Positions 1 through 13,123 of a stretch of DNA of 64,000 nucleotides are shown one piece after another. Below the pieces are notes generated by a model. The model had not been told where the DNA came from, searched no databases, and saw only the letters and a list, made by a program, of their open reading frames with translations. This DNA comes from Eledone cirrhosa (taxonomy: Eukaryota): assembly GCA_964016885.1 (NCBI GenBank), contig OZ024740.1:281294001-281358000 (forward strand), given 5' to 3'. A program made the position numbers and the translations under genes. Numbering within the stretch: position 1 is the first letter of the stretch; each line of letters begins with the position of its first letter.

Positions 1-2750
1 CCAGGAGGGTGGGCTTCAGAAGGGGGGATTCCCATGTCAATAGGAGGGGAGTCATTCTCTAGCTTTCTAGTCCATAGCTGTAGTCTGGTTTCTTCCTGAG
101 ATGTTGTTAGGGGCTGGATATGCCTAAGGAAGCTTCTCCTTAACTTCAGTCGTTCGGCCGGAGATTCACTTCTACTCAGCTTGCAGCTTCCCGTCTCACA
201 TCTGCAGGGGCGATGCCACCGAGTAGATGCGGGTTGTTCGGGTTGGTAGGCTTCAGGCAACCAATGATCAAACGGCAGGTGTTGTTCAACGCTGGGTCTA
301 GTTTACTGGCATGGGTTGATCTCTCCCAAACAGACACGGGTACTCCGCAGAGGAATAGCACAGGACCAAGGCAGTACACCTTAGTGTGTGTGCTGTGGCT
401 CCCCATTTGGAGTTGGTCAGTTTCCGTAGGATGTTGTTTCGGAAGCTGACTTTCAATTTGGTGTTTTTGATGTATTCCTTGAATGAGAGGTCCAGAGTTA
501 CGGCAAGGTAGACAGGATTGGTGCAGTTCTCAAGTGGTGTTCCTGACCATGTGATGTTAAGAGGTCGGTTGGCTTCCTGGTTCCTGGATGGAACGAGCAG
601 GCTTGTGTCTTCGCAGGGTTTGCGTGCAGGTGATTGCTCTCGTAGTAGAGGAGTAGCTCATCCAGAGCTGAGTTGAGGTCTGCTTCTACTGCTTCGAACG
701 TACTGTCTTAGGATGTAACACAGAGGTCATCAGCGTAGATGAACCGCTCAGTGTTCTGGTCCATTGGCTGGTCATTTGTGTAGATGTTATATAGTAGTGG
801 AGCCATCACACTACCTCGAGGTAAGCCGTTCCTTTGTCGTCGCCAACGACTTTGCATGTTGTTCAGGGTAACATAAAAGCGCCTGTCTTTCAAGACGGCT
901 CCAATGAGGTCTGTGAGTGCTAGGTCTTTTGTCAGCTCCAAGATATTTTTCAGGAGGAGGCGATGGTTCACAGTGTCGTATGTGGCCGACAGATCAACAA
1001 AGACGGCTCCTGTTACCAGTCCTTTCTGAAACCTATCTTCAATGTGCTGAGTAAGAATCAGGAGTTGGCTTGTTGGGGATTTGCCAGATCGGAATCCAGC
1101 TTGTTGGGGGATGATGGCTGGTTCAACAACTGGGGCCAACCTGCTGAGGATCAGGCGCTCAAACAGCTTAAACGGGTGGCATAGCAGAGAGATTGGGCGG
1201 AAAATCTTTGCATGCGCTGGATCTTTACCCGGTTTCAGGAGAGCAATAATTTCTTCAGATCTTTGGGATGTTTCTTGTCAGCATGCAGTTGTTCATCAGC
1301 TCAAGGATCCATTTCCGCGTCAGAGGTCCAAAGTACTTGATCTACTCTGTGAAAATATTATCTAGGCCGGTGGCTTTACCAGTCTCAAGGGCATTGATGC
1401 TGATATTGAGCTCTTCAAGCGAGAACGGCTTAGTCAATCCGGTGGTTTGTGAGTACCGAAGTCGGTCTACCTTTGATCTTGTCTGTTTGGTGGTGGATTT
1501 CCCATTGAGCAACAGTTGCTATGCAGCTTGGTTGGTGGTGATGGTGTACTGCTATTGTGTTGGAGCTGACGGGTCTTTGCTGATTTCCGGATTAGACTCC
1601 ATGCCTTTTTACTGTTTTTCGTCATATCAGTTGTCTCCAACAGGTTTTGCCATTTCTGTTGGCGGCATTCTGATAGGGAGGTCATGAGTCCCTCACCTAC
1701 TTCGATGGTACTTTCAGCAAAGGGGTGAGATTCATAGAGCTGTTGGTATTGCTCATATAGTTCGCTGCTTTGAGCATCGAGTCCAGGAATATGTTGAGAG
1801 CGGCAGCCTCTTGGGATGTTCTTCCAAGCTGCTTGGTGCACAAACTTGGTAAAGTTATCGTAGTTTTGGGGGTCCACTGGGAGGTGGGCAATCTGCCTTT
1901 CAAGATCTTCTTGGAAGCCAGGCCAGTTCGCTTTCCCAAAGTTGAATCTTCTTCGGAATGGAACTGTGGCTGGGGTGATTACAGCATTGACTGTAATGCC
2001 AATGGGACGGTGTTGGGTTTTTGGCAGTGGCTCCAGTACCAGCTTCTTGCTCAGTCCGGTGATGTTATGACTGACAAACACGATATCAGGATTGTAACCT
2101 GCTTTCCATCGTCCGCTGTTGAAGGACTTTGGTTGTTTGGCTTCGTGGATCAAATCAAGCTGGTTGCTTTCAGCCCATGCTTCCACTGCATTTCCATCTG
2201 CATTGTTATTAGCATATCCCCATTGTGTGCTGTGGCTGTTGAAGTCTCCGATCACAATCTTTGGTTTTCCAGATGATGGTATTTCTGGCATCACAAGAGG
2301 TGTGAGACGTGGTTTGTAGACTGAGGTGATGGTAATTCCTCTGAGATCAGCGGTTAGGACTTCGATGTTATTATCATAGTTCTTTGATGATGATTCGATG
2401 ATTGTTCCATTTTTTGCTAGCATGATGCTTCCATATTTCTCATGTGGTCTTTCTATGAGGGTGGTCATTCCTTCCACATGAGGGCGGGGATGTTTAGGTC
2501 CACGTTGGGTTTCTTGTAGGCAGAGAATGTCACACTGATGCTCTCTGCAGAGTTTTGCAACAAGTTCTTCTTTAGTTGCAGATAGTTCTTCATTATTTAG
2601 AGATATGATGGCCAATGCTGGTCTTAGATGCGGGCGTTGGCCTCTCTTCATGCTCCGGAATGGTAGGCTACCGTCATTCGTTGAGCTTCTGCACATTGCT
2701 TGTCTTTCGGCTCGGCTTTGAAGTGTTTGGTAGAATTCGCAAGTAAACAT
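1..2750 (-). mobile_element. Decayed non-LTR retrotransposon (APE endonuclease + RT), Vingi/Ingi-like
   Basis: ORF 1467-2750 has APE motifs (DILCLQET, IVIGDFN, YNPDIVF, HRPI). ORF 708-1139 has RT motifs (QAGFR, VFVDLSATYD, GLPRGSVMAP, FIYADD). Further C-terminal pieces at 176-406. Several frameshifts. Clade call is from motif recall. Confidence 0.85.
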
Positions 2751-2755
2751 GGGTA

Positions 2756-3530
2756 TTATTTGACAGGGATCGCGACGTGAACGCTTCTACCTTGATCCCC
2801 GGATTCCAGCTTAAACCCAAAGTCCTCTAATGTCTTAACTTTGAACACCTTTGATCTCTCTGCTGCGAATATTCGTGCCTGCTTGTACTGCAAGTGAAAG
2901 AATGAGGACTTATTTCCAAGCCAAGCTTCATAGGCCTCCTTCTTTGCTGGGATGGCATCTTTGACCTCTTGTTCGAGCCAAGGGGTCCTCCTGCCATCCG
3001 GTGCGAAACGAAGGCTTTTTTGCCCGCAGAATTTAATAGCTGAAGCAGAAACTGCTGAGCTGAACAACCTCCACTCTGTCTCAACGTCCACAGCTTGCTC
3101 AGGGAGTTCTCTGAATTTGGATGCAATAATATTTGCATACCTGGGCCTGACTTCCTTATCCACCGACGCTTCTCACTTTATGCCGTGAGTCACCCTGGAT
3201 CTGCCCGTTTTGTGGGCTTCTTTAGCTTTATGTAGTCTCAAGTGGCAGATAACTAGATGGTGATCAGTTGACAGCTCATCAGAGAATCGAAGAGATCAGA
3301 GACAATAACACAATCAATTATTGATCTCTGTCCCTGATTCCCTATACCACGTATATTTATGGATGTCTCTGTGCTGGAAAAGGTGCTCATAATAGAGAGT
3401 CCATTACTAGAGCAGAAGTCTAATAAGGCCTCTCTATTCGTATTTAGATGGAGGTTGTCCTTTCTTCCAATCACTAATTTCTATGTCATGTGGTCAGTGC
3501 TAACATTTGCATTGAAGTTTCCCATCAGGA
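2756..3530 (-). mobile_element. RTE-clade LINE fragment (APE end and linker)
   Basis: Translations REALLDFCSSNGLSIMSTF, RSIIDCVIVS and RTPWLEQEVKDAIPAKKEAYEAWL are typical of RTE ORFs. Broken frames. Confidence 0.7.
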
Positions 3531-3539
3531 CTAAAAACG

Positions 3540-3900
3540 TCACCATCCAAATATCCTGGTTGTCCGCGACTGAGCAGATCTTCCAGGACCATGCGCTCTA
3601 CTACAACTACGCTTTTCGACGCAGCCGTTTTAACCAAGACATATTCTTCGGATCCCAATAGGCACCCAAATACCACCGGAACAGAAAATGTAAGGTTATG
3701 TACAACCCAGCCCACAATGCGGAAGTGACAACATTCAAAATTTGTCGGATGATCCGGAAGCATATCACACAGCAGTACCGATACCACAGAATTTGCAATA
3801 AAAACACTGTGAAGCTATCCTACTCAGCAATACAAAAAATAGCACAGAGTATCAATGTGTCTAACAGGACCACACTAACATTTTGGCGATTCCATGATAT
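3540..3900 (+). mobile_element. Degraded Naiad-type Penelope-like element fragment (RT thumb/linker)
   Basis: YNPAHNAEV...IRKHITQQYRYHRICNKNTVKLSYS matches the WFTPP...KHFP...KIFNRNCVKISYS linker of the element at 6.4 kb. Confidence 0.65.
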
Positions 3901-5287
3901 ACAACAGCATATATTCAAGGCTTTCAGACGCTTCAGATGGCTTCTTTGAAAGTATAAATAAATATTCACCTACCAATGGGTGGAAAAACCGTGCTGTGCT
4001 GTTCTCACATGTAGATTTTCATGCCTGCGTATATCAAGCAGTCAAGTGAATATTTGTACACTGGATATGGACGGGTATATATCCCGCTAGACATAGCAGA
4101 TATATATATATATAACGTGTGAAAGAATTTAAAAGTCTTGAATATAGACTATAGCATATTATAGAATCGCTAATATTTTGTCATTTGTCATTCGCCTCTT
4201 TAATTATACTATAATTATATTCAATTCCCTTTTATGCTCCTTTCTATTGTATAATACAGTATATTGATTATGATTTTATGCTCCTTCGTATCCTCCATAC
4301 CTTTCTTTTTTCTGTCCCCATTGGCCTACCATAGTTCTATTTAAAGTCCGTTTATTAGATAACGTTATTCAACTGATAGTAGAATATTTCATTCTATTCT
4401 GGATATTTTTATTGAGATATCTTAAACTTTGGAGATTTTGATTACTTAAACCATAGCTAATTTTGTATTGACTTATTATGTATTTTAAATACTTTCAATA
4501 TTAATTAATTTAATAGGGTTTTCTAGTCATTTATCCGGGTTTGATTCCTAATTTTTTTACTTAACTGTTTGTGACACCTAAGTAAATATATTTGTTTTTG
4601 TTTTTCGATTTCCGGTTGATTTTATTTATATTTATATTTCTTTTACTACCGTGCGTAGTTTCTGTCTGGTTCTTATTCACTTATTCACATATGTCTGTCT
4701 ACCAACCATGTAATTATGTACATTATACTATGTTTATTATTGGATATTGAAGTTGTTATATCATATCACTCTAATATCGTACTATAGATCTTAAATATTT
4801 ACCGATTATTCGATGTACCCTTATGTTAAATTTTGTAAATTCTGTAATATGTTTATATTTTTATAATTTTTGTAATGTTTAGATAATATTTATTTATACC
4901 AATTGTATAAAAACTTGACCTCCGTCTGTTTTCTTACAACGGTATAGAAATGTTTCCAGCACAATTTTTTCAACACAATTTAGTTCTGTATGATATTTTT
5001 TTCTCACCTTGTGTGTAACTTTATATGATTTGTTAAGTTATATGCCAATATATTATAATATTGTTATTATAGTGTTATTGTAATATTTATATTGTTTGTG
5101 CAAATTGACCGGAGTTTATAAATTATATAATTATATAGTATATTATATATTATATGTTTATTTTTACTTATTTCTTTATCATTTTATACTGTAAATAATA
5201 TATGTATTATATTTTTATTTTTATTTTTATTTATATTTAAACTCTTAATAAGTGTTTGTTTGTGTTTGTATTGATGGATATGTGTAT

Positions 5288-5337
<50 letters not shown>

Positions 5338-5637
5338 ACATATGTATATATATATATATATATTGGGCCTTTTAATATTATTATTATTATCATTATCAAT
5401 TATATTATATTATATTATATTATATTATATATAGTACTGTAATTCTCGCTTTATATCAGCACTTGTGTTTAGTTTTAGTTTTTGCATTGTACTATATTTG
5501 TAATATGGATCAAAATGTTATTCACTTCCTTAGCAATTTTTACTTGATAATTTTCCTATGCTTTAATGTATGTATACTCCATATTCTTCTGAGTTTTCGG
5601 CTTGTATTGGCCGATAGTGCTTCTTATAGCTTTACTT

Positions 5638-5675
5638 GCCCTGATGAGTCCTTAATAGGACGAAACATTGTTGGC
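5638..5675 (+). ncRNA. Minimal type I hammerhead ribozyme at a PLE-type 3' end
   Basis: gcc-CTGATGA-gtcc(ttaata)ggac-GAAA-c(att)g-TT-ggc. Followed by AATAAA (5677) and then a (TA)n tract. Confidence 0.85.
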
Positions 5676-5716
5676 TAATAAAGACTATTGATGTATTGAA
5701 GGCTTCTTTGGTTTAT

Positions 5717-5812
<96 letters not shown>

Positions 5813-5876
5813 TATATATAATATATATATATATATATTATTATTATTATGTAATAAACAACATAAGGCAATTATT

Positions 5877-5932
5877 CCATTTACCAGTGGTTTCTTAAAA
5901 GCAAAAGGTTTTGCTTTCAATCCTCAGAATGA
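5877..5932 (-). ncRNA. Type I hammerhead ribozyme (same as 59858-59913)
   Basis: Minus strand: tcatt-CTGAGGA-ttgaaagcaaaa(cc)ttttgcttttaa-GAAA-cca(c)tgg-TA-aatgg. Confidence 0.85.
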
Positions 5933-6039
5933 AAAATCCTGGTTTGTTTATTGAATATGGATTTTAGAATCCATATTCAATAAACAAACCAGGATTTTTC
6001 ATTCTGAGGATTGAAAGCAAAACCTTTTGCTTTTAAGAA
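5892..6039. repeat. Near-perfect ~70-bp-arm inverted repeat (fold-back of a PLE 3' end)
   Basis: ttcttaaaagcaaaagg...gaatatggatt / aatccatattc...ccttttgcttttaagaa. Confidence 0.9.
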
Positions 6040-6145
6040 TATTTTTCTTGATAGATTTTTATATATTTCAATTTCTATTTCATTTATCTATATATTTTTT
6101 TGATTTTCTTGATGTGTTTTTCTAAGTGTTTGCCCATGTTTTATA

Positions 6146-6221
6146 TTGCCGCGTCTGACGAACGAATGAAGTCGTTTATTTCGTATTCGCCTCATTCGGG
6201 AAACCTCTGGTAATGAGGTAA
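6146..6221 (+). ncRNA. Hammerhead ribozyme in 5' pLTR
   Basis: ttgccgcgt-CTGACGA-acgaatga...tcattcgg-GAAA-cc(tct)gg-TA-atgaggtaa. One stem I mismatch relative to the 3' copy. Confidence 0.75.
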
Positions 6222-6440
6222 TTATATTGTATTGATTTTATACATTAAAATTTGCTCTGATACTTACATAGAGCACTCTTCATTTCTATTACCTTTTCTG
6301 TTTCCAACGGAAATTTCAATACTTATAAAGCTCCCAAGGGAATGATCGTAGCATATTCTACACCGTTATGAGATTGGCACCTTCCAGCCCTTTTTAAGTC
6401 GAGCACTCTTCAGTCATAGGATTTTAAACCAATACCGAAT

Positions 6441-8529
6441 ATGGACAAATACCCTTTGGACTACTCTGTAAAGAATATCCCAACACCTTCTAATACTCTC
6501 TACACGAAAATACTGATAGACAAAGTAGAGAAGGTTGTTAAAAGAATGAGATGGAAAGCTTTGATTCTCGATGGTCAATTTAACACGGATTCTACGGAAT
6601 ATTTTGACATCAAAACTCACAAATACCCGCAAAGAGTAAAAGATATGACCGCCTTTGAATTAGACCTAGTTAACCTTATCAACAACATCAATTTTCGTAA
6701 GTACTCTAACCCCTTTCAATCCAAATTATCTAATGATATTTCTACTTTCAAATCTTCTAATAATAAGTTCATCTTCTCAGATAAAACTAAAAACCTATAT
6801 GAAGTTAATAATAATTTACACGACCAACTATTAATAGATAATATCACCTCTAAATACCAAATAGCTAATATAAATACGTACCATAATATAAATAAGGAAG
6901 CTAAAGAATTAGCTGTTTCTTTAAAAATAGATAATAGGACAGAAAAACTTGCTAAACGTTCTGCGTATATCACCCTTAAAGATCATAAACCTGACTTTAT
7001 TAATCGCCCTAGTTGTAGATTAATCAACCCTGCTAAGACTGATATTGGTCTTGCCAGTAAAAAAATTTTAAATAAATTAAATACACACATTAGAAGTAAG
7101 TCTAAATTACTCCAATGGATAAATAGCTCTTCCGTAGTACATTGGTTTAATAATATTAAAAACAAAATCAGTTCTAGATTCACCCAATTTGATATCGTAG
7201 ATTTCTACCCATCTATTACTCAGACCCTTTTGGTGAAAGCTTTAAATTTCGCTAGAGGGTTCACTAATATCTCTGATATTGAAGAGGATGTAATCTTGCA
7301 TGCTAGGAACACTCTACTTTTTAATGATAATGACACTTGGGTAAAAATATCTAACCCAGAGAACCCATTCGATGTCTCAATGGGCTCTTATGACAGTGCC
7401 GAGGTTTGTGATCTGGTCGGCCTATTCCTCTTACATACACTTAAAGAAAAATTTCCTAACCATATTTTTGGGCTTTATCGCGATGATGGTCTAATACTTT
7501 CCCATACCACCATAGGCCATAACTTAGATAGATTAAGGAAAGACTTAATAAAAACCTTTGCTAGTTTTAATCTTAAAATTACTATTGACACTAACCTTTC
7601 CAACGTAGATTTCCTAGATATAAACCTAGATTTGCCTACTGCTTCTTATAAACCATACCATAAACCTAATGAAAACTTAAAATATATAAATAAAGGATCT
7701 TGCCATCCACCTATAGATTTTAAAAACCTTATCCCTAATATTAGCCGTAGGATCTCCACCCTCTCTTCATCAGAAGCTATTTTTAATAAGGCATCCCCCT
7801 ACTATAATAAAGCCCTCCAAAATAGCGGCTTTAGCGAACCGATTAAATACATACCTAACTACACTAACTCTATTAAACATAAAAATAATCTGGTTCACAC
7901 CCCCCTACTCTCTAGCAGTTAAAACTAATGTAGGCAAAAAATTCCTAGAACTCCTAGATAAACATTTCCCTAGAACACATAGATACTATAAGATCTTTAA
8001 CAGAAACTGTGTTAAAATTAGCTATTCCTGCGGTCCCCCTATTAAGTCCTATATCCTCAACAAAATATCACCTAGAGAAAATCAAACTTGCTCCTGTAGA
8101 ATCAAAAGTGAATGCCCATTACAAGGTAAATGCAACACCAAAGCCATTGTATATGCGGCTAATGTGACAACCATCAGCAACAACCATCCAGTCACCAGTG
8201 AACGATATGTGGGTATGACGCAAGACAGATTCAAAACGCGTTATTACTCACATGTCGCATCCTTTCGACATCCAGAAAAAAGATTTACAACAGCTCTGGC
8301 TAGCAGAATTTGGGATTTGAAAGACTAAGGCATCCAATATAAACTAGATTGGTCAATTTTGAACCAATCTAAAAAATATGCTAGAGGAACAAGAAAATGC
8401 ACGCTCTGCATAAACGAAAAATTTTGGATATTGCAAAATCTTAAATCACCAAAGACCTGCTTGAACACAAAGACGGAAATTTTTACCAGTTGCCCACACA
8501 TGAAATCACACCTGCTTTCCAGCTCATAA
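6441..8529 (+). pseudogene. PLE RT-GIY-YIG polyprotein (one frameshift near 7880, one TAA near 8326)
   Basis: RMRWKA, RLINPAK, FDIVDFYPSI, MGSYDSAEVCDLVG, LYRDDGL. In the shifted frame: KIIWFTPPYS...CSCRIKSECPLQGKC...IVY...RYVGMT...CTLCINEK...CPH. Confidence 0.92.
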
Positions 8530-8953
8530 ACTTAACACACTTTCAGATACTTATCCTCCATAAACTCTTATTATTCTCTTTTTAATTACCCTTTCTGACT
8601 TACTTTCATTCTTATCCTTGTCAATAATTTCATTTATTTTCACTTTTATTTATTTTTACTTCACCCCCCCCCCTTTATTCTCATATCCACTTCCTATTTT
8701 CTATTTTTTACTTCCCCTTCTTTTACTTCCCTTTTTCCTCCACTAACTGATTATACTTGTCTTTTGTATTTTTCAATCCAGATATATTTTTCATTTTTAT
8801 TTTTATTTTATTTTTGCGCAGCCTATCTTACAATTTTACATTTGTACTTATTTATCCACATTTCAATATGGCTGAACGCCTTAATGTGTGTATACTTTTT
8901 ATATATGTACATGAGTGACTACGTATGTGTGCGCGCGTGCGTGTATGTGTATG

Positions 8954-8984
<31 letters not shown>

Positions 8985-9767
8985 ATATGTGTGTGTACAG
9001 GTGTTTGTGTGTGTGTATGTATATATTATGCGTATGTGTAAGTGTCTTTATATCCGTGTTTTTGACATCTCGGTTTTATGTTTTTGTTCCTTTTTTCTTC
9101 TCCCCCCCCCCCTTCCCTATTTTGTTACTTACTCAGTTTCATACGTGGGCATACAAACAGGTTTATATGCGCGAGTATAAGTATGTGTGTGTGTGTGTGT
9201 GTATGTACGTATCGAACGTATGGAATTGTAAGTGCGCGTGTGTATATAAGCATAATTATTTTTACATTTCTTTTGTGAGACACGCGTGTCTGTGTATGTA
9301 TGTACCCCCCCCCTTTTTTTTTGTTTTCTTTAATTTTTTCCTTTCTATCTTTTCTTTCTAATTTATCGTTACTATATTTTTATAAATATATCGAGACTGA
9401 TACTTTTCTTTTAATTATTATACTCTCTTTACCTCCTTTCTTTCCGCATCTAAGTGTACGAGTGTCCAGGCGTTTCATGCGCGCGACTTTATATTCTTAT
9501 ATTTACGATGTAACCATTTCTGTCTGTATAATACAGACATATAGATACATTTGCCCTAAATTTTTATAATTACGCACACTTTCTCACTATACATTTACAT
9601 GTGCACATATACATATATGCACATCTGTGAGCGTATATACATACACATACACACACCTAACTATTTTTCTTGATAGATTTTTATATATTTCAATTTCTAT
9701 TTCATTTATCTATATATATTTTTGATTTTCTTGATGTGTTTTTCGAAGTGTCTGCCCATGTTTTATA

Positions 9768-9843
9768 TTGCCTCGTCTGACGAACGAATGAAGTCGTTTA
9801 TTTCGTATTCGCCTCATTCGGGAAACCTCTGGTAATGAGGTAA
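9768..9843 (+). ncRNA. Hammerhead ribozyme in 3' pLTR
   Basis: ttgcctcgt/atgaggtaa 9-bp stem I (with G-U pairs), CTGACGA core, cgaatga/tcattcg stem II, GAAA, cc(tct)gg, UA. Confidence 0.8.
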
Positions 9844-9865
9844 TTATATTGTATTGATTTTATAC

Positions 9866-9869
<4 letters not shown>

Positions 9870-9930
<61 letters not shown>

Positions 9931-9944
9931 TATATATAATATAT

Positions 9945-9994
<50 letters not shown>

Positions 9995-10035
9995 ATATAT
10001 AATATATATATGTATATAATATATATATGTATATA

Positions 10036-10068
<33 letters not shown>

Positions 10069-10098
10069 ATATATATATGTATATAATATATATATATA

Positions 10099-10152
<54 letters not shown>

Positions 10153-10166
10153 TATGTATATAATAT

Positions 10167-10200
<34 letters not shown>

Positions 10201-10215
10201 ATATATATATATAAA

Positions 10216-10247
<32 letters not shown>

Positions 10248-10321
10248 TATATATATATAATATATATAATATATATATATATATATAATATATATATATA
10301 ATATATATATATATATATAAT

Positions 10322-10366
<45 letters not shown>

Positions 10367-10368
10367 AT

Positions 10369-10419
<51 letters not shown>

Positions 10420-10442
10420 ATATATATATATAATATATATAT
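9870..10442. repeat. Imperfect (TA)n microsatellite (one of many in the window)
   Basis: Directly visible. Similar tracts at ~5721-5838, 12803-13118, 23850-24592, 54493-54565, 54765-54860 and 55558-55714. Confidence 0.97.
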
Positions 10443-10645
10443 TTTTTTATTTAGGTTTGTTGGTTCACCACTGGATAGAATTGGTCATTCCGTATGGTCA
10501 ATCTTGATGTAATATTATGGAGAGTACTCAACGTAGTGCAGTTCACCCGTCCTCGTTTGTGTAGTTGGTGGTGCGAATACGGAGTTAATTATTATGAATA
10601 AAATTACAGGAGGCTGGACTGGTGTAAATCCTTGAAAGGTTTGTT

Positions 10646-10703
10646 ATACTATGATCATTTCAATGCCCGGGTTCAGTATGAATCCGGTGATATCATCAGG
10701 TAT
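10646..10703 (-). ncRNA. Type I hammerhead ribozyme
   Basis: Minus: atac-CTGATGA-tatcaccggattca(tac)tgaacccgggcatt-GAAA-tgatca-TA-gtat. Palindromic stem III. Confidence 0.8.
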
Positions 10704-10903
10704 TCGAAATATAACAAAGGAATATATAAAATCCATGGGTCCGAAAATCAGAGACAGAGAGGACGACTGACCAACTAGCTGCTTTCACCTCGGTCAGTCG
10801 CCCTTAAGTGATGGCAACTCGGTCTACTAATGACCATCTGGTGAGGGAGCGAAGGCTTATAATGTACTACACCTCTCCGTCAGAGAATAAAAAAATAAAA
10901 AAG

Positions 10904-10904
10904 A

Positions 10905-10997
<93 letters not shown>

Positions 10998-11000
10998 AGA
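10904..11000. repeat. (AAAG)n microsatellite
   Basis: Directly visible. Explains the KKER-repeat ORF. Confidence 0.95.
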
Positions 11001-12700
11001 AAAGTCAGCGTAATGGTCACACTACAGTCAGGCTAGAAAACGCCGCGAAAAATATTATTCCAAAGAACCTATATTTTAACAAAGGGTAAATAATGGGTGT
11101 CTGTATGGTCTAATGTGTGAACAGAAAATTGGAACGTTAACTTATGTTAAGAGTTATAGGATGAAATAAGATTAAAAGTTAAAATATTATTAGAAAATTA
11201 ATAGAAAATTGAAGGTTTGGGTTACGAGATTTATTTAATGAAATTACAGAGAGTGTCTTATATGAAAAAGTTTAAGTGTATTATAGGAATTTCGATAAGT
11301 TATCAAGGTGGGATATAGAGTAAAGATTAAAGCCTTCGATTGTAAATCCCAGCCAGCACCTCCTAACCACGTGTCAGCCAGTTTCGAGTGGTATCGTCTA
11401 GCGAAAGAAATGGAAATTAATTTTTCCGAGTACTCTAGGAACGTGACTGCCATAGGCTTCGGGTGTGCTAGCGGGAAGTCTACCATCTTCGACGGGCCAT
11501 CGTCTATACCAAACGAATACTATTAATTCACACAGGAGGGGTTTATTTACGTGCCAGTAGAGGGAGGCATGATACAGCTAACAGTTATGCCTGAGCCTAG
11601 ACTTTATAGGTATAAGTATAATATGGCGGTCAAAACAGGCGGCGCGGCGGTCCCCGGGGAAAATCAGGCCCGCTCCGAGTAATTTCGTTTACCGGAAGAG
11701 GGGGAAATTTATTTTTCCAAGCACTCAAGGAAGGCTGAACTTTCCGATCGCCCGGCGCACAGCCAGGAAAACCACCACATCAGTCGAAAGTAATAAAACC
11801 CAATGAAAAGTGCCAATAGACTAATTATTTTTAAGTGCCAGTAAGTCCGGGTTATAAGTATTGTGGTTCTTTGGTGGGTAGGGCTATGAAAGGTGCATAA
11901 AGACCTGAGTAAGGAATAATAAGCAGAAAATCACAAATAAATAAAAGCAGGATACAAATATAAAAATACAAAGATAAAAATACATTAATAAAAATACATT
12001 AATAAAAGTAAAAAGTAAAAAGTAAAATACATAAATAAAACGCCGTCATAGCTAGGGTAGTGATGTAGTAAGACGGAAGTATATAAGAACATATCGGAGG
12101 AATCAAAGCAAAGTGGAAATACAAAATAGATCAAGTTGCAGTAAGATAATACAAGGTTGTACATATAGATATAGAGGATGGAAGAGATGGAATGGTATCA
12201 GGTGGTACCTAGTGTAAGTTCATGTCCCAGTATTCAGTGTGAATCACAAAAAGTCCTGAAGTATAGAGTAGAGAGTTCAGTCAATACAATACATGTTTAA
12301 GTATAATGCGTAGAATTTTGTCGGAATCGGAATCATCCCGACAAGGAAGTAGTATCAGGTGGCGGTAGACAAAGCACAGAGGAGCCAAAATCCAAATGGT
12401 AAGTAAATCAGTTAATCCCATGCTGGCAATAGCTTTACACTGAAGTCAGTGCCGCTGTTCAATATTACATCTGAAAGTGCTCAACATTATTGGAGCATTA
12501 TTTATTTAGGTTTGTTGGTTCACCACTGGAAAGAACTGGTCATTCCGTACTGTCAATCTTGATGTAATATTATGGAGAGTACTCAACGTAGTGCAGTTCA
12601 CCCGTCTTCGTTTGTGTAGTTGGTGGTGCGAATACGGAGTTAATTATTATAAATAAAATAACAGGAGGCTGGACTGGTGTAAATCCTTGAAAGGTATGTT

Positions 12701-12758
12701 ATACTATGATCATTTCAATGACCGGGTTCCGTATGAATCCGGTGATATCATCAGGTAT
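12701..12758 (-). ncRNA. Type I hammerhead ribozyme (second copy)
   Basis: Same motif as 10646-10703 with two stem II substitutions. Confidence 0.8.
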
Positions 12759-12798
12759 TCGAAATATAACAAAGGAATATATAAAATCCATTGGTCCG

Positions 12799-12843
<45 letters not shown>

Positions 12844-13033
12844 TATATATATATTATATATATATATATTATATATACATATAATATATATATAATATAT
12901 ATATATATAATATATATATATCTATATATATTAAATATATATATATATATTATATATATATATATTATATATATATATATTATATATATATATATATTAT
13001 ATATATATATATATTATATATATATATATATAT

Positions 13034-13119
<86 letters not shown>

Positions 13120-13123
<4 letters not shown>

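Larger units (their letters stand above)
6040..9869 (+). mobile_element. Near full-length Naiad-type Penelope-like element with ~208-bp pseudo-LTRs
   Basis: Direct repeats 6040-6247 and 9662-9869, each with an HHR, flank an RT + GIY-YIG coding region. The 3' end abuts a long (TA)n tract. Confidence 0.92.
10446..12803 (-). mobile_element. Non-autonomous PLE-like element with 303-bp direct terminal repeats, each containing an HHR
   Basis: Repeats 10446-10748 and 12501-12803 (offset 2055). Flanked on both sides by (TA)n. No RT ORF inside. Confidence 0.85.

Noticed and set aside
6040-9869. LTR retrotransposon
   Set aside because: No gag, protease or integrase, and no TG..CA ends. The RT and GIY-YIG are Penelope-type, so the repeats are pseudo-LTRs.
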